This document shows positions 45,209 through 54,026 of a stretch of DNA of 64,000 nt, piece after piece (within the stretch, counting starts at the first letter, position 1; each line of letters begins with the position of its first letter). The DNA is from Acinetobacter phage vB_AbaSI_3. Under the pieces are notes generated by a model that was not told where the DNA came from, ran no database searches, and was given only the letters and a program-made list of their open reading frames with translations. The stretch lies in sequence record PQ382034.1; one strand, given 5' to 3'. A program made the translations under genes and the position numbers.

Positions 45209-46381
45209 TTAAAAGTCAAATAAATCTTCTAATGAAGAACGTTTTTCTGCTTGCATACCTGCAGATTCACACATACCTTCCAAAGGTTTCTTATATGTTT
45301 TTGTAAACAATGACATAACGTCAACATGTTTTAAAACATCTTCACGAATTTCTTTAGGAAGTTCGTTGCCTGATGGCCATGCAATAACTTTGTCGCCAAA
45401 TGGATTTCCAGGTTTCAAAGGCAAGATCATAACTTTATCACCTTCACTAATATCCGGTAAGTTATCGAATGCCTTAATTGCACGTCGATACGTCAAAACA
45501 CCACGAATATGACTAGGACATTTCAATCCAGGGAAGCCATTATCATCATATTTTGCAATGTTATTTGCAGTTCTTACACCTGCAATAACTTTGTAATCAA
45601 GATTTCTAAATTCATTTTCAAATTTCTTGAAATAGTCTTGAAGTGGCTTTTCACCTTCTTGAAGCATGATTCGAATACTTTCTAATAATGCATCTTTAAC
45701 CGCTTTAGGTGTAGATGATTGTTGAGTTTCCATGCCCATGATTTTCAAGTATGGCTCTTTAAAACGAGTACCTTCCATGTCATACACATTTAATGCATAA
45801 CGTTTCTTAGCTCGCCAGAATCCGCCGATGCCGTTAGAACCAAGTGGTGGGCATGCAATAGCTTCACGATCCATGAACATTAATTGCTCATAGTTGTTAA
45901 GATATTCGCACAGTTCTTGGAAGCCTGCATTAATAACCGGTTCGATTTTCTTTGAACCTACTGCATCCAAGAAGTCAACTAATTTTTCAGTTGATGCAAA
46001 TTTTTCAATGCCAACTTTATCAATGAGTGGACTCAATTCAATATACAATGAATCTGTATCACCATAAATTACATACGGATGATTAGTTGTTCCACACATT
46101 TCATTAAGGTATGCATTAATTTTTCGTTCTGTCCATTGAAGGACCAATTGTCCGAAAATAGTAATCGCTTCTGCATTACGAAGATCGTAAAATCTAAAGT
46201 AGATATTGCCGAGTGCCCCATATAATGAGTTAATGAGCAACTTCCGATTAATTTGATTCGTATCACACAAAACAATATAATTTTCACATTCATGCTCAAG
46301 TTCAAGCAATTCTTCTTGTGAAAGTGTTTTGAGATATTCGATTTCGGATTCAGTTAAGTCACGACTAAAATCTAATTTCAT
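45209..46381 (-). CDS. 43: DNA polymerase gp43, C-terminal cistron (43B: fingers/motif B, motif C, thumb)
   Basis: 390 aa. Colinear with T4 gp43 residues about 520-898: NRKLLINSLYGALGN (motif B), YGDTDS (motif C), MDREAI, PLGS.G.GGFW.AKKRYALNVYDME, KIMGMETQQSSTPKAV, and C-terminal SLEDLFDF. Confidence 0.92.
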   Translation of the reverse strand: MKLDFSRDLTESEIEYLKTLSQEELLELEHECENYIVLCDTNQINRKLLINSLYGALGNIYFRFYDLRNAEAITIFGQLVLQWTERKINAYLNEMCGTTNHPYVIYGDTDSLYIELSPLIDKVGIEKFASTEKLVDFLDAVGSKKIEPVINAGFQELCEYLNNYEQLMFMDREAIACPPLGSNGIGGFWRAKKRYALNVYDMEGTRFKEPYLKIMGMETQQSSTPKAVKDALLESIRIMLQEGEKPLQDYFKKFENEFRNLDYKVIAGVRTANNIAKYDDNGFPGLKCPSHIRGVLTYRRAIKAFDNLPDISEGDKVMILPLKPGNPFGDKVIAWPSGNELPKEIREDVLKHVDVMSLFTKTYKKPLEGMCESAGMQAEKRSSLEDLFDF

Positions 46382-46677
46382 ATAAACTCCAAATTGATGG
46401 GATTATTCTATAACATCATAATCAACTGACACTATAGCTTTAATTGTTAGTTCCTTTGAACAGGATTCGCAATTGACTTTGAATTCTTCATCAGCATGTC
46501 TCCAATGCTCAAAGTAATCAGACGTGTCAAGTTCAGAATTGCAGTGTGGGCAGTATATTTCAAACATTTCTGTGCCTCAAAAGGGATATGACAATTATAT
46601 CATATCCCTTATCAAAAGCTTAACTATAATTCAGATTGTATAATGTAATACGAATCACTTTAGGCGTACGTTTATAT

Positions 46678-46896
46678 TCAAAACATCGCATTGATAACTT
46701 CGGTGCCGGCAATTACAGGATTTTTAAACATGATACAACCTGTAACAAATCCGGCTAAAAACAACACCGGAATACAGATTAATAGGGCTACAAAAACTCG
46801 ATACCACAAGCTAACGTATTCACCAATTGATTCACAATTTTCATTTGCTACTTTAATTTGTTCGAAGATATTCATAGGCCTAACTCCCACAGGCAT
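46678..46896 (-). CDS. hypothetical membrane protein (inside the gene 43 insertion)
   Basis: 72 aa with one or two TM helices. Confidence 0.35.
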   Translation of the reverse strand: MPVGVRPMNIFEQIKVANENCESIGEYVSLWYRVFVALLICIPVLFLAGFVTGCIMFKNPVIAGTEVINAMF

Positions 46897-47189
46897 TGGT
46901 TTAATAACTGATTGATTGAACGTTCGTTATGTATAGATTCATTAAGAAGCTGAGCTATAACACGATAATCTGTTTCACTATTGCATCGAGCGTTAAGAAT
47001 TGTTTGTGCATTTGTGCGACACATATCAAACGTTTTGAAGAAACTGTCATAACGAGGCAAACGAATTGCATTTAACACATTAGGTTTCCAAACAACATTG
47101 AACTTGCCATTGACTTCATCAATAAAGAACAACATAGTTTCAATAGATTGAGTATATGTGTACTCTTCGGCCGATGTATAAACTCTCAT
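46872..47189 (-). CDS. hypothetical protein (inside the gene 43 insertion)
   Basis: 105 aa. Confidence 0.4.
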   Translation of the reverse strand: MRVYTSAEEYTYTQSIETMLFFIDEVNGKFNVVWKPNVLNAIRLPRYDSFFKTFDMCRTNAQTILNARCNSETDYRVIAQLLNESIHNERSINQLLNQCLWELGL

Positions 47190-47500
47190 CGACTTACCTC
47201 CATATCAAAATCTACAAATTTAGCTCTACATTCCTGATAGACACTATGCATTAAATCTAACACTCCATAATTGAATTGAGAATTTTCTGATTTCCCAAGC
47301 AGAGCTCGGGAGCGTGCCGCTATTTCTGAATTTATAAATTCTAGAACTTCTTTACCTTGTGGATATCGTAGCATCTTAGGCACGAATTGTGCGTCAATAG
47401 TAATATTACATCTGCCTCTTAACACAGTAGCTATAAATGGATAATATTCTATCCAATGCTCGCCTGTCGAGCTTGATATTACTCTATTTTGTCCATACAT
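47186..47500 (-). CDS. hypothetical protein (inside the gene 43 insertion); start trimmed to the ATG at 47500
   Basis: The track start is TTG at 47530. The ATG at 47500 has a GAGGT Shine-Dalgarno. It lies directly downstream of the promoter face of repeat copy 2. Confidence 0.4.
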   Translation of the reverse strand: MYGQNRVISSSTGEHWIEYYPFIATVLRGRCNITIDAQFVPKMLRYPQGKEVLEFINSEIAARSRALLGKSENSQFNYGVLDLMHSVYQECRAKFVDFDMEVSR

Positions 47501-47532
47501 AATAACCTCGTAATATATCAAATTAATCAAAT

Positions 47533-47660
47533 CATCTAATTTCGGCGCTGTGCGCCGGCTGCGCAGCAGCTATTCTGTACCGAACGGCAGATATAATTAG
47601 AGCGGTGAACCGGTAGAACCATTATACCATCAAAATTTTGTAAAGCACTCGTGTGCTTTA
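47533..47660 (-). repeat. 126-bp GC-rich repeat element, copy 2 (inverted relative to copy 1 at 16154-16279)
   Basis: Reverse complement equals copy 1 except at the palindrome centre. Here the TGCTTTA N14 TATAAT motif faces leftward into the ORF at 47186-47500. Confidence 0.9.
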
Positions 47661-47695
47661 TGAATATAGATCATTTTATGAACACTCAAACCAAA

Positions 47696-47923
47696 TCATA
47701 ACAATTCTTGGATTCTTCTAGATTTATACTGCATAAGTTCGGTACGTGTCATTCCTGAAGTGTCCTGTTCACACTGCGTGTTAACTGTTTTAATCATAAT
47801 GAGGGTATTATGATTTATATTATCTATAGGAAGTTGTCGCCGGTGTGTGTCTGGCGTAACTATTCTGCATGGATATTGCTTTGCGATATCTCTAATACTT
47901 TCATAATATTGCTTAAGTGGCAT
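47696..47923 (-). CDS. hypothetical protein (inside the gene 43 insertion)
   Basis: 75 aa. Confidence 0.35.
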   Translation of the reverse strand: MPLKQYYESIRDIAKQYPCRIVTPDTHRRQLPIDNINHNTLIMIKTVNTQCEQDTSGMTRTELMQYKSRRIQELL

Positions 47924-47994
47924 ATCAAATCTCCATAGATTTTAGAATAATTATATCATAATCAAAAAGCAAAGTAAATATTTTAGACAAAAAT

Positions 47995-48016
47995 AAAGGA
48001 CCCATTTGGGTCCTTT
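47995..48016 (-). terminator. terminator hairpin, structural homolog of the hairpin at 16335-16356
   Basis: AAAGGACCC-ATTT-GGGTCCTTT. It has the same flanks (gacaaaaataAAGG...CCTTTag) as the 16335 copy, with compensatory stem changes. Confidence 0.55.
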
Positions 48017-48029
48017 AGATAAAATGAAA

Positions 48030-48386
48030 TTATACAACGCTATACATTGTAACCGCAATAGGTAGAATTTCATTTGTCAATGTATTAAGACTGCCTCCAG
48101 TGATAGGAGTACCTTGGAAACGATGAACGATACGTTCAATTTCAACAACTTTTCGTTTATTAGTTTCTCGATCACGTGGATCAATTACCAATTTGATATT
48201 ATCATCTTTAAATTCCAGTGCAAGGATCCCAAGAGTAATTTTTGCATCTAACGAACGTGTAGAACGAGTATCAATTACTGGAGCTGCTGTGTTAAATTGT
48301 AATTTAGATTGCTGGATCATAATATCTCTACGTACTTTGTAAGTTGATAGGATTATTATATCAATAACCCTATCACATGTAAACAA
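48030..48386 (-). CDS. hypothetical protein (inside the gene 43 insertion)
   Basis: 118 aa. The start may be the internal Met (MIQQSKL...). Confidence 0.4.
   Translation of the reverse strand: MFTCDRVIDIIILSTYKVRRDIMIQQSKLQFNTAAPVIDTRSTRSLDAKITLGILALEFKDDNIKLVIDPRDRETNKRKVVEIERIVHRFQGTPITGGSLNTLTNEILPIAVTMYSVV
48355..48384 (-). promoter_or_regulatory. early promoter within a palindrome (PeSL-like)
   Basis: Minus strand reads GTTTACatgtgatagggttattgaTATAATaatcctatc. The palindrome is GATAGGAT..ACCCTATC. Confidence 0.55.
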
Positions 48387-48387
48387 A

Positions 48388-49896
48388 TTATTTCATTAAT
48401 TTTTTAATCACTTCGGCATTACGTTTTGCAGCCATCATTTTCTTCTTCCATTCTTTACGTTGGAAGAACACTTTAGTAATTTCTTGTGGAATGATACCTT
48501 GCTTTGTCTTCGAATACATCATACCACTTGGCGAGCATGAGAATTCATTTGAAGGGCTCGGCGCAATCTTATTAATGAAATCGCTAAGTTTAGGCGGCGC
48601 AAATTGTCCTGCAATTGTTTCTGGGCTAATGTTTACTTGGCGAATGATTGACGGATACAGAGATGTTACGTCAAACGACAAAACATATTTGTACGCACCA
48701 GGCACAGGGTTTTTAACATATGCGCCTTCATACGGTTGTCGAACATTTGGCTTAGCTTCCGGTAAAACTAAGTGCTCGGCTTTTAATGAGTTGAAGATAA
48801 TTGCATCCCAAGTTTTCACAGGACTCATTACTGTTGCAATATTCATTCGAGCGTAATAGCCCATTGAAATTGACAGGTTGATAAATCCACGTTTTGCGTC
48901 AATTGCTTGTACACAGTACACATCGACAATGTTATATGAAATATAACGCTGGTGGTTTGATTCACGTAATTTGTCGATTGGACCGTCATATTCTAATTTG
49001 TTGATGCCGGCTTCATATTCTGCAATATAATCGAGTTTATATGATGGCTGTGAAGTAAACGCAAACTTTTTATATAAATCCATGTAATCGAGAATCATGA
49101 TTCCAGAAATATTGAAAATTTCTTTATCTCCATACATGTTTTGAATGACTTTTGACGTTACTTTACCAAAAGGACTTAAACGTTTCATGTTCGAGACACC
49201 AAGAACGTTTTTGATACGATTTACAATATATGGAATATCAAATCCTTCAACGTTCCAACCGGTGAAGATGACAGGAGTTTTTTCTTCCCATAAACGAATG
49301 TATTCTAACAGCATTTCCTTTTCTGTTTCGAATGGCATATACACAACTTTATCTAAAATATGTTGTGGAACTTCATCGCCGCCTTCATCAATTGATTTGC
49401 CTGCAAGAACCGGATCCCACTTTGAAACACGTCCACGTTGAGAGTTCAACAAGTCAAACACGTAGTATTTGTCATCAATAGAATCATAGTGTGTAATTGC
49501 ATCAATTTCATATTTTGCAAAGGTCGGATTCGGGAACTCTCCTGCTGTTACCTCGATGTCACAGTTTGCAACACGAATTGCATTTCTGCTATATGTGATG
49601 TCCTTTTTTCCATACACATCAGAAATATATGCAAGTTTGAAGTCATCCATACCTAAAATTTCTACAATTCCACGTGTCTTTTGCATCCAGTCTTTAGCTT
49701 CACGAATGGAGCTAAAACGTTTAGGAATACATGGCTTGCCATAAATGTCTTTATATTTTGATTCAACGCCTTCTTTGGCATGAATGAACAGTGTAGGCTC
49801 ATATGGAATTTCACGAACTTTTTCGACGCCATTTTCCACATAACGCTCTTGAATAAGGTCGCCAGATTGTTCAACTACTAGATAGAAATTATCCAC
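48388..49896 (-). CDS. 43: DNA polymerase gp43, N-terminal cistron (43A: N-terminal domain, 3'-5' exonuclease, palm motif A)
   Basis: 502 aa. Colinear with T4 gp43 residues 1 to about 520: LGMDDFKLAYISD.YG, VANCDIEVT (Exo I), ITHYDSIDD.YYVFDLLNS, IFTGWN.EGFD.PY (Exo II), RYISYNI.DV (Exo III), FDVTSLYPSIIRQVNISPETI (motif A). It ends before motif B. Confidence 0.92.
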   Translation of the reverse strand: MDNFYLVVEQSGDLIQERYVENGVEKVREIPYEPTLFIHAKEGVESKYKDIYGKPCIPKRFSSIREAKDWMQKTRGIVEILGMDDFKLAYISDVYGKKDITYSRNAIRVANCDIEVTAGEFPNPTFAKYEIDAITHYDSIDDKYYVFDLLNSQRGRVSKWDPVLAGKSIDEGGDEVPQHILDKVVYMPFETEKEMLLEYIRLWEEKTPVIFTGWNVEGFDIPYIVNRIKNVLGVSNMKRLSPFGKVTSKVIQNMYGDKEIFNISGIMILDYMDLYKKFAFTSQPSYKLDYIAEYEAGINKLEYDGPIDKLRESNHQRYISYNIVDVYCVQAIDAKRGFINLSISMGYYARMNIATVMSPVKTWDAIIFNSLKAEHLVLPEAKPNVRQPYEGAYVKNPVPGAYKYVLSFDVTSLYPSIIRQVNISPETIAGQFAPPKLSDFINKIAPSPSNEFSCSPSGMMYSKTKQGIIPQEITKVFFQRKEWKKKMMAAKRNAEVIKKLMK

Positions 49897-49939
49897 GTTA
49901 TCTCCTTGGTAGGGTATTTTGTATCATTATAACACCACA

Positions 49940-49966
49940 AAAGAGGAAGCTAACTCCCTCTTTTAT
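49940..49966 (-). terminator. hairpin upstream of gene 43A / downstream of the preceding gene
   Basis: AAAGAGGAAG-ctaa-CTCCCTCTTTT, an imperfect stem. Confidence 0.35.
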
Positions 49967-49972
49967 TTTAAA

Positions 49973-50206
49973 TTACTTAGATTCAACAACTGTAGTCTTT
50001 GTCATTTCTTCGCGAGGTATCCAAGTGTTCTTGCCAGTTTTGACATAACATCCGGTGATAAAACTATATTTGGTTTGACGACCTGTAATAGATTCATAAC
50101 TGTTACATTTAACATAACCACTTACCGTATTGTATGTTAAGCCTACTACAACAATAACACAGACGATAATAACAGAGAATACGAGTTCAGTTAAATTATT
50201 ACTCAT
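49973..50206 (-). CDS. hypothetical membrane protein
   Basis: 77 aa with an N-terminal TM helix. Confidence 0.4.
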   Translation of the reverse strand: MSNNLTELVFSVIIVCVIVVVGLTYNTVSGYVKCNSYESITGRQTKYSFITGCYVKTGKNTWIPREEMTKTTVVESK

Positions 50207-50589
50207 TATGCACCTACGACATATTTTGATTTAAGAGTCCACTCAGCTTTCTGTGCAGCTTTGATAACACGGAAATTGTTAGTAACTTCAATTTCAGGTG
50301 GGACATATTCAACCTCAATAAGTCCCCATGCTTCAAGTGTCTTAGCGATAGAAACGGTACGTTGAACATCTTCATCACTAATATTAACTACTTTACCATC
50401 GAGGCGCATCATATCTTTAAAATGAACGATGTACATTTGATCAGCGCCAGTTTGCGGAGACTGCTTCTTCAAAATATGGCAGGATTGATAAAGTACTTTA
50501 TCTCGTTGGTTAGCGATACCCATACGAGTCAAAGTTTCTTTAACTTTAAGAAAATTTTCTGGGTGTACCAATTTAATAGGGATCATCAT
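50206..50589 (-). CDS. regA: translational repressor RegA
   Basis: 127 aa. FLKVKETLTRMGIAN..DKVLYQSCHIL.K, YIVHFK.M.R.DG, WGLIE, TNNFRV colinear with T4 RegA. Confidence 0.9.
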   Translation of the reverse strand: MMIPIKLVHPENFLKVKETLTRMGIANQRDKVLYQSCHILKKQSPQTGADQMYIVHFKDMMRLDGKVVNISDEDVQRTVSIAKTLEAWGLIEVEYVPPEIEVTNNFRVIKAAQKAEWTLKSKYVVGA

Positions 50590-51155
50590 AGCTGCTTCAA
50601 CTCTTTAATTTCTTTAGGATTTTTAGTGATAGATTTAAGGAATTCATCTGTTGCTAACGCTTTAGCCTCTCTAAGAACTGTTTGCAATTTGCCTTTTCGT
50701 TCAAGCAATTGACGATAGTCGTAGGCAACCTGTGAATTCACTTTATAGTAAGCCATAAGAAGCTTGAGTATGTATTGATCTTTAATACTTTCATCTAACT
50801 TTAGCGATTTAGAAAATCGTCGTCCATACGGAATAAGGTTCATCAAATAATTATGATGCGCTTGATCTGGCAATGAACTTAACATTAAATTAGCATTGTA
50901 CACAGTAGTCAAGCAATCCATATGCTGGCTTAACATATTATCAATCATGAATTTTGAATAGCTTTCAAATTGACTGACATTCAATTCACCCTTTACAGAG
51001 TTGATGTTATTAAGAATCACAAAGAGTTCATTTTCAGGTTTCTCTTTATATTCTTCAATAAGTTTTTTAACCGTGTCCCAGTCTTTATTAGCCCAGGCTG
51101 CCTGATGTGGATTTAGAACTTCCTCATCATCGTCAAATAAACATATCATGCTCAT
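50586..51155 (-). CDS. 62: clamp-loader subunit gp62
   Basis: 189 aa immediately downstream of gene 44 and upstream of regA, as in T4. Size matches the 187 aa of T4 gp62. Confidence 0.8.
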   Translation of the reverse strand: MSMICLFDDDEEVLNPHQAAWANKDWDTVKKLIEEYKEKPENELFVILNNINSVKGELNVSQFESYSKFMIDNMLSQHMDCLTTVYNANLMLSSLPDQAHHNYLMNLIPYGRRFSKSLKLDESIKDQYILKLLMAYYKVNSQVAYDYRQLLERKGKLQTVLREAKALATDEFLKSITKNPKEIKELKQL

Positions 51156-51216
51156 TTTAATTTACTCACTTAAATTTTAAGGCTATTATATCACATAATA
51201 GCCTAAATTGATAACC

Positions 51217-52197
51217 TTATTTTACCCATTTCATCTCTTTGAGGAGTTGAACAAATAAGTACATCAAATGAATTTCTGGATTTGCTGCAATCCCATGCAT
51301 TTGATTGTTTTCACCTACAAGTTCATATAAACGAAGAACCGAAACACGATCTACGCGGGTGTATAACTCATCAATAAGTTTCTCAATGAATACTGCATAA
51401 TCCGGTGCATATTTCTTTGCAAGCTTGCGAAGTTCTGCAAATTCACCTTTTTGTCCATTTGCTCCTAACGCAGTTATAACATCATCAATCGAACTTCGAG
51501 ATTCCATGACCATAGACAGAATGCCTTGATCAATAATACCATTTGTTGAATAGTGGTCTAAATCACTAATTGTTTTACGAAAATCTGGGAAGTTTTTCTT
51601 GACTAATGCTGCAATAACGGTCGGAGTTTCGACTTTAATATTTTCATTTTTGCAGATTTCAATGCAACGAACTACCATTTGACGCATCATATTTGTTACG
51701 TCTTCACCTATCGGTGCACCGAACTTAATGACCTTTGCACGAGATTTTATTGGGCGAGAAATGCCATCGAGATTGTTTGCGGTAATAATCACAGAACAAT
51801 TCTTTGCATAAGCTTCCATGAATGAACGCAAGTATCGTTGTGCTTCAGCTAATTGAGGTCTATCAAACTCATCAAGAATAATGACTTTTGGCTTACCTTC
51901 AATTGATTTTGATGTTGCAAACCGAGTTAATTCATTTTTGACAAAATCGATGCCAATACCTGAACCATTGACAAAAATATATTCTGCACCAATGTCATTA
52001 CACAATGCCATAGCTACGGTAGTTTTACCAGTCCCAGGAGAATTTGATTGAAGGACTAAATGTGGCAGTTTGCCTTTAGCCACTAATCCTTTGAAAATAT
52101 CTTTATCTGCTTGAGGTAAAATACATTCATCCAAAGTAGTTGGACGATATTTTAATTCAAACATGTGTTCACGTTCATTAACTGATAAAGCTGTCAT
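51217..52197 (-). CDS. 44: clamp-loader ATPase gp44 (RFC-like AAA+)
   Basis: 326 aa. KYRP..L.E, P-loop SPGTGKTT, DEFD (Walker B), and the arginine-finger region. Confidence 0.92.
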   Translation of the reverse strand: MTALSVNEREHMFELKYRPTTLDECILPQADKDIFKGLVAKGKLPHLVLQSNSPGTGKTTVAMALCNDIGAEYIFVNGSGIGIDFVKNELTRFATSKSIEGKPKVIILDEFDRPQLAEAQRYLRSFMEAYAKNCSVIITANNLDGISRPIKSRAKVIKFGAPIGEDVTNMMRQMVVRCIEICKNENIKVETPTVIAALVKKNFPDFRKTISDLDHYSTNGIIDQGILSMVMESRSSIDDVITALGANGQKGEFAELRKLAKKYAPDYAVFIEKLIDELYTRVDRVSVLRLYELVGENNQMHGIAANPEIHLMYLFVQLLKEMKWVK

Positions 52198-52227
52198 AAT
52201 ATTTCTCTCTAATTCAATTCAAAGGAT

Positions 52228-52243
52228 TGGGCCCGAAGGCCCA
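52228..52243 (-). terminator. hairpin between genes 45 and 44
   Basis: TGGGCC-CGAAG-GCCCA. A UUCG loop forms on the coding strand. Confidence 0.4.
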
Positions 52244-52248
52244 TACAA

Positions 52249-52938
52249 TTAAAAGTTATGTGTAGACCCATCTTCTACTGAAAGTACATAACTTGATTGA
52301 GTGCCAGCAAATTTAACTGCAAACTTTTCACCAACAGCCCATAGCTTAACTCTATAATCATCTGGCAATAATTTCATGTTTTGAATATGAAGAATGAATT
52401 TGAATTCTTTATCACCAGTATAATCTGCAACATCGAATGTTGATAATGGCTTTTCAAAATTAGGATCAATTTCTTTGTTGTATGTTTTGAATACAACTTT
52501 GCCATTTGCATTTTCGATTGTTAGAGTGGTTGCACCGAGTCCGTGAGAGATTTTCATCAATTGTTTGTAATCGTCACCGCTAAGATCAAATTCAACTGAT
52601 GCTTCTGGGAATTTAATCGCTTTCTTTGGATAAACAATTGCTGATGGATCTGCTGCTGGCCATGTAATAACTGAACGTTTGCCTTTAATAAGAATTTCAT
52701 CGCCGTTTGATGTGATTTCTGAATCTTCACCCGATAGAGATAAAATACCTAAGAATGCATTCAAATCATAAATTGCAACGTTAAATTCAATTTCTTCACC
52801 TGGAGGCAATGTAGTTTCACCATAAGTTGCACCGGATGCAGAACGGGTCATTACAAAATCGCCGGCTTGAAAGTAAATTCCTGAGTTAATTGTTGCAAAG
52901 TTTTTAAGGATTGACACAAACTGTTTAGAAAATTTCAT
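52249..52938 (-). CDS. 45: sliding clamp gp45
   Basis: 229 aa. LKNFATINSGI, FWPAADPS, and C-terminal STHDF/STHNF colinear with T4 gp45 (228 aa). Confidence 0.92.
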   Translation of the reverse strand: MKFSKQFVSILKNFATINSGIYFQAGDFVMTRSASGATYGETTLPPGEEIEFNVAIYDLNAFLGILSLSGEDSEITSNGDEILIKGKRSVITWPAADPSAIVYPKKAIKFPEASVEFDLSGDDYKQLMKISHGLGATTLTIENANGKVVFKTYNKEIDPNFEKPLSTFDVADYTGDKEFKFILHIQNMKLLPDDYRVKLWAVGEKFAVKFAGTQSSYVLSVEDGSTHNF

Positions 52939-52976
52939 AATTACCTCTTAATTGTCTTTAAAATTATATCACATCA

Positions 52977-53351
52977 TTATGCTTTAGCTTGTGCTTCACG
53001 TTGTGCAAAACGTTCAATAAAGATTTGAGCAGCTTGGATAAGTAATTCATCTGGGTCTTGGCAATATGCATCTTCAAGGCGTTTCACACCATCGATTCGA
53101 ACTTCTTTAGCACCTTGTTCACCGGCACGTTTATTTGCATTGGCCATCATATTGACCCAGATTTCATTAACTTCTTTATCAAATGAAACATATAGCTGGC
53201 GTTTGACTTCGCCTGGGAAATGTGAGAACTTAGCTTTAACTTCGTCTGGCATTTGTAAAGACCATGCTTTACGAATACGATTATCAGCTGATTCACCACG
53301 AGAATGTTTAGGTTGCAAGTCATTAACCGTAATTTCTTTAAAATTTAACAT
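52977..53351 (-). CDS. rpbA: RNA polymerase-binding protein RpbA (by position and size)
   Basis: 124 aa directly downstream of gene 45, as in T4. Sequence recognition is weak. Confidence 0.55.
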   Translation of the reverse strand: MLNFKEITVNDLQPKHSRGESADNRIRKAWSLQMPDEVKAKFSHFPGEVKRQLYVSFDKEVNEIWVNMMANANKRAGEQGAKEVRIDGVKRLEDAYCQDPDELLIQAAQIFIERFAQREAQAKA

Positions 53352-53385
53352 AATGTATTACCTTGTATCATTTGATGAATGTATT

Positions 53386-53622
53386 TTAAATCAAATTATT
53401 GAAAGCACCAATAATTTGATTTTGGTTGTGTGGATCATATGTATTTTCAATAACAGTCCACGCCGGGCTCCGATTGGACATGATTTTCATACGCGTAGTT
53501 TCATCAGGAAATGCCTGAACTAGCTGTGCTTCTGTGACAACTAGTTCAGCGCCTGTGTATAGATTAATCAATGTCCATGTAGGAATTTCAGGATATGTTA
53601 TTATATCACTAAATGGTTCCAT
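53386..53622 (-). CDS. hypothetical protein
   Basis: 78 aa. Confidence 0.35.
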   Translation of the reverse strand: MEPFSDIITYPEIPTWTLINLYTGAELVVTEAQLVQAFPDETTRMKIMSNRSPAWTVIENTYDPHNQNQIIGAFNNLI

Positions 53623-53631
53623 TGTACACCT

Positions 53632-53832
53632 TTAATTTACACAAATTACTCGTTGACCACATTCATCGAATGCTTCTTCTATAGGATCCCACTTGCAAAC
53701 TGATGGTCTGAAGTGGACTTCTTTAACTACATTGCCTTCGTCATCCGATGCCGAAACTATTTTGCAATTCAATAATTCGGGGTCATTTTTAACAAGTCTA
53801 TTTAGATGGTTCAAATATTGCTTAAGATTCAT
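53632..53832 (-). CDS. hypothetical protein
   Basis: 66 aa. Confidence 0.35.
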   Translation of the reverse strand: MNLKQYLNHLNRLVKNDPELLNCKIVSASDDEGNVVKEVHFRPSVCKWDPIEEAFDECGQRVICVN

Positions 53833-54026
53833 ATGCCTTTAATCTCTTCATACGGATTTTTGTCTTGCGGATGACACTCAATAAAGAGTTCCCAGTGTTG
53901 TCTAACTTTATGCATCCACTTTTCATAATCACCTAGATTGCGATCGTTAAAATCATGTATGGCTCCATCTAGACAATATAGCATATCTTCTAGAACTTCT
54001 TGGCATTCAGGTGTTAACTTTTTCAT
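53829..54026 (-). CDS. hypothetical protein
   Basis: 65 aa, ATGA-coupled to gene 46. Confidence 0.35.
   Translation of the reverse strand: MKKLTPECQEVLEDMLYCLDGAIHDFNDRNLGDYEKWMHKVRQHWELFIECHPQDKNPYEEIKGI

Noticed and set aside
46382-48387. Homing endonuclease or intron/intein inside the gene 43 insertion
   Set aside because: None of the five inserted ORFs shows GIY-YIG, HNH, LAGLIDADG or His-Cys box motifs. Both polymerase halves have independent start and stop codons, so this is a genuine two-cistron split and not a self-splicing element, as far as sequence shows.
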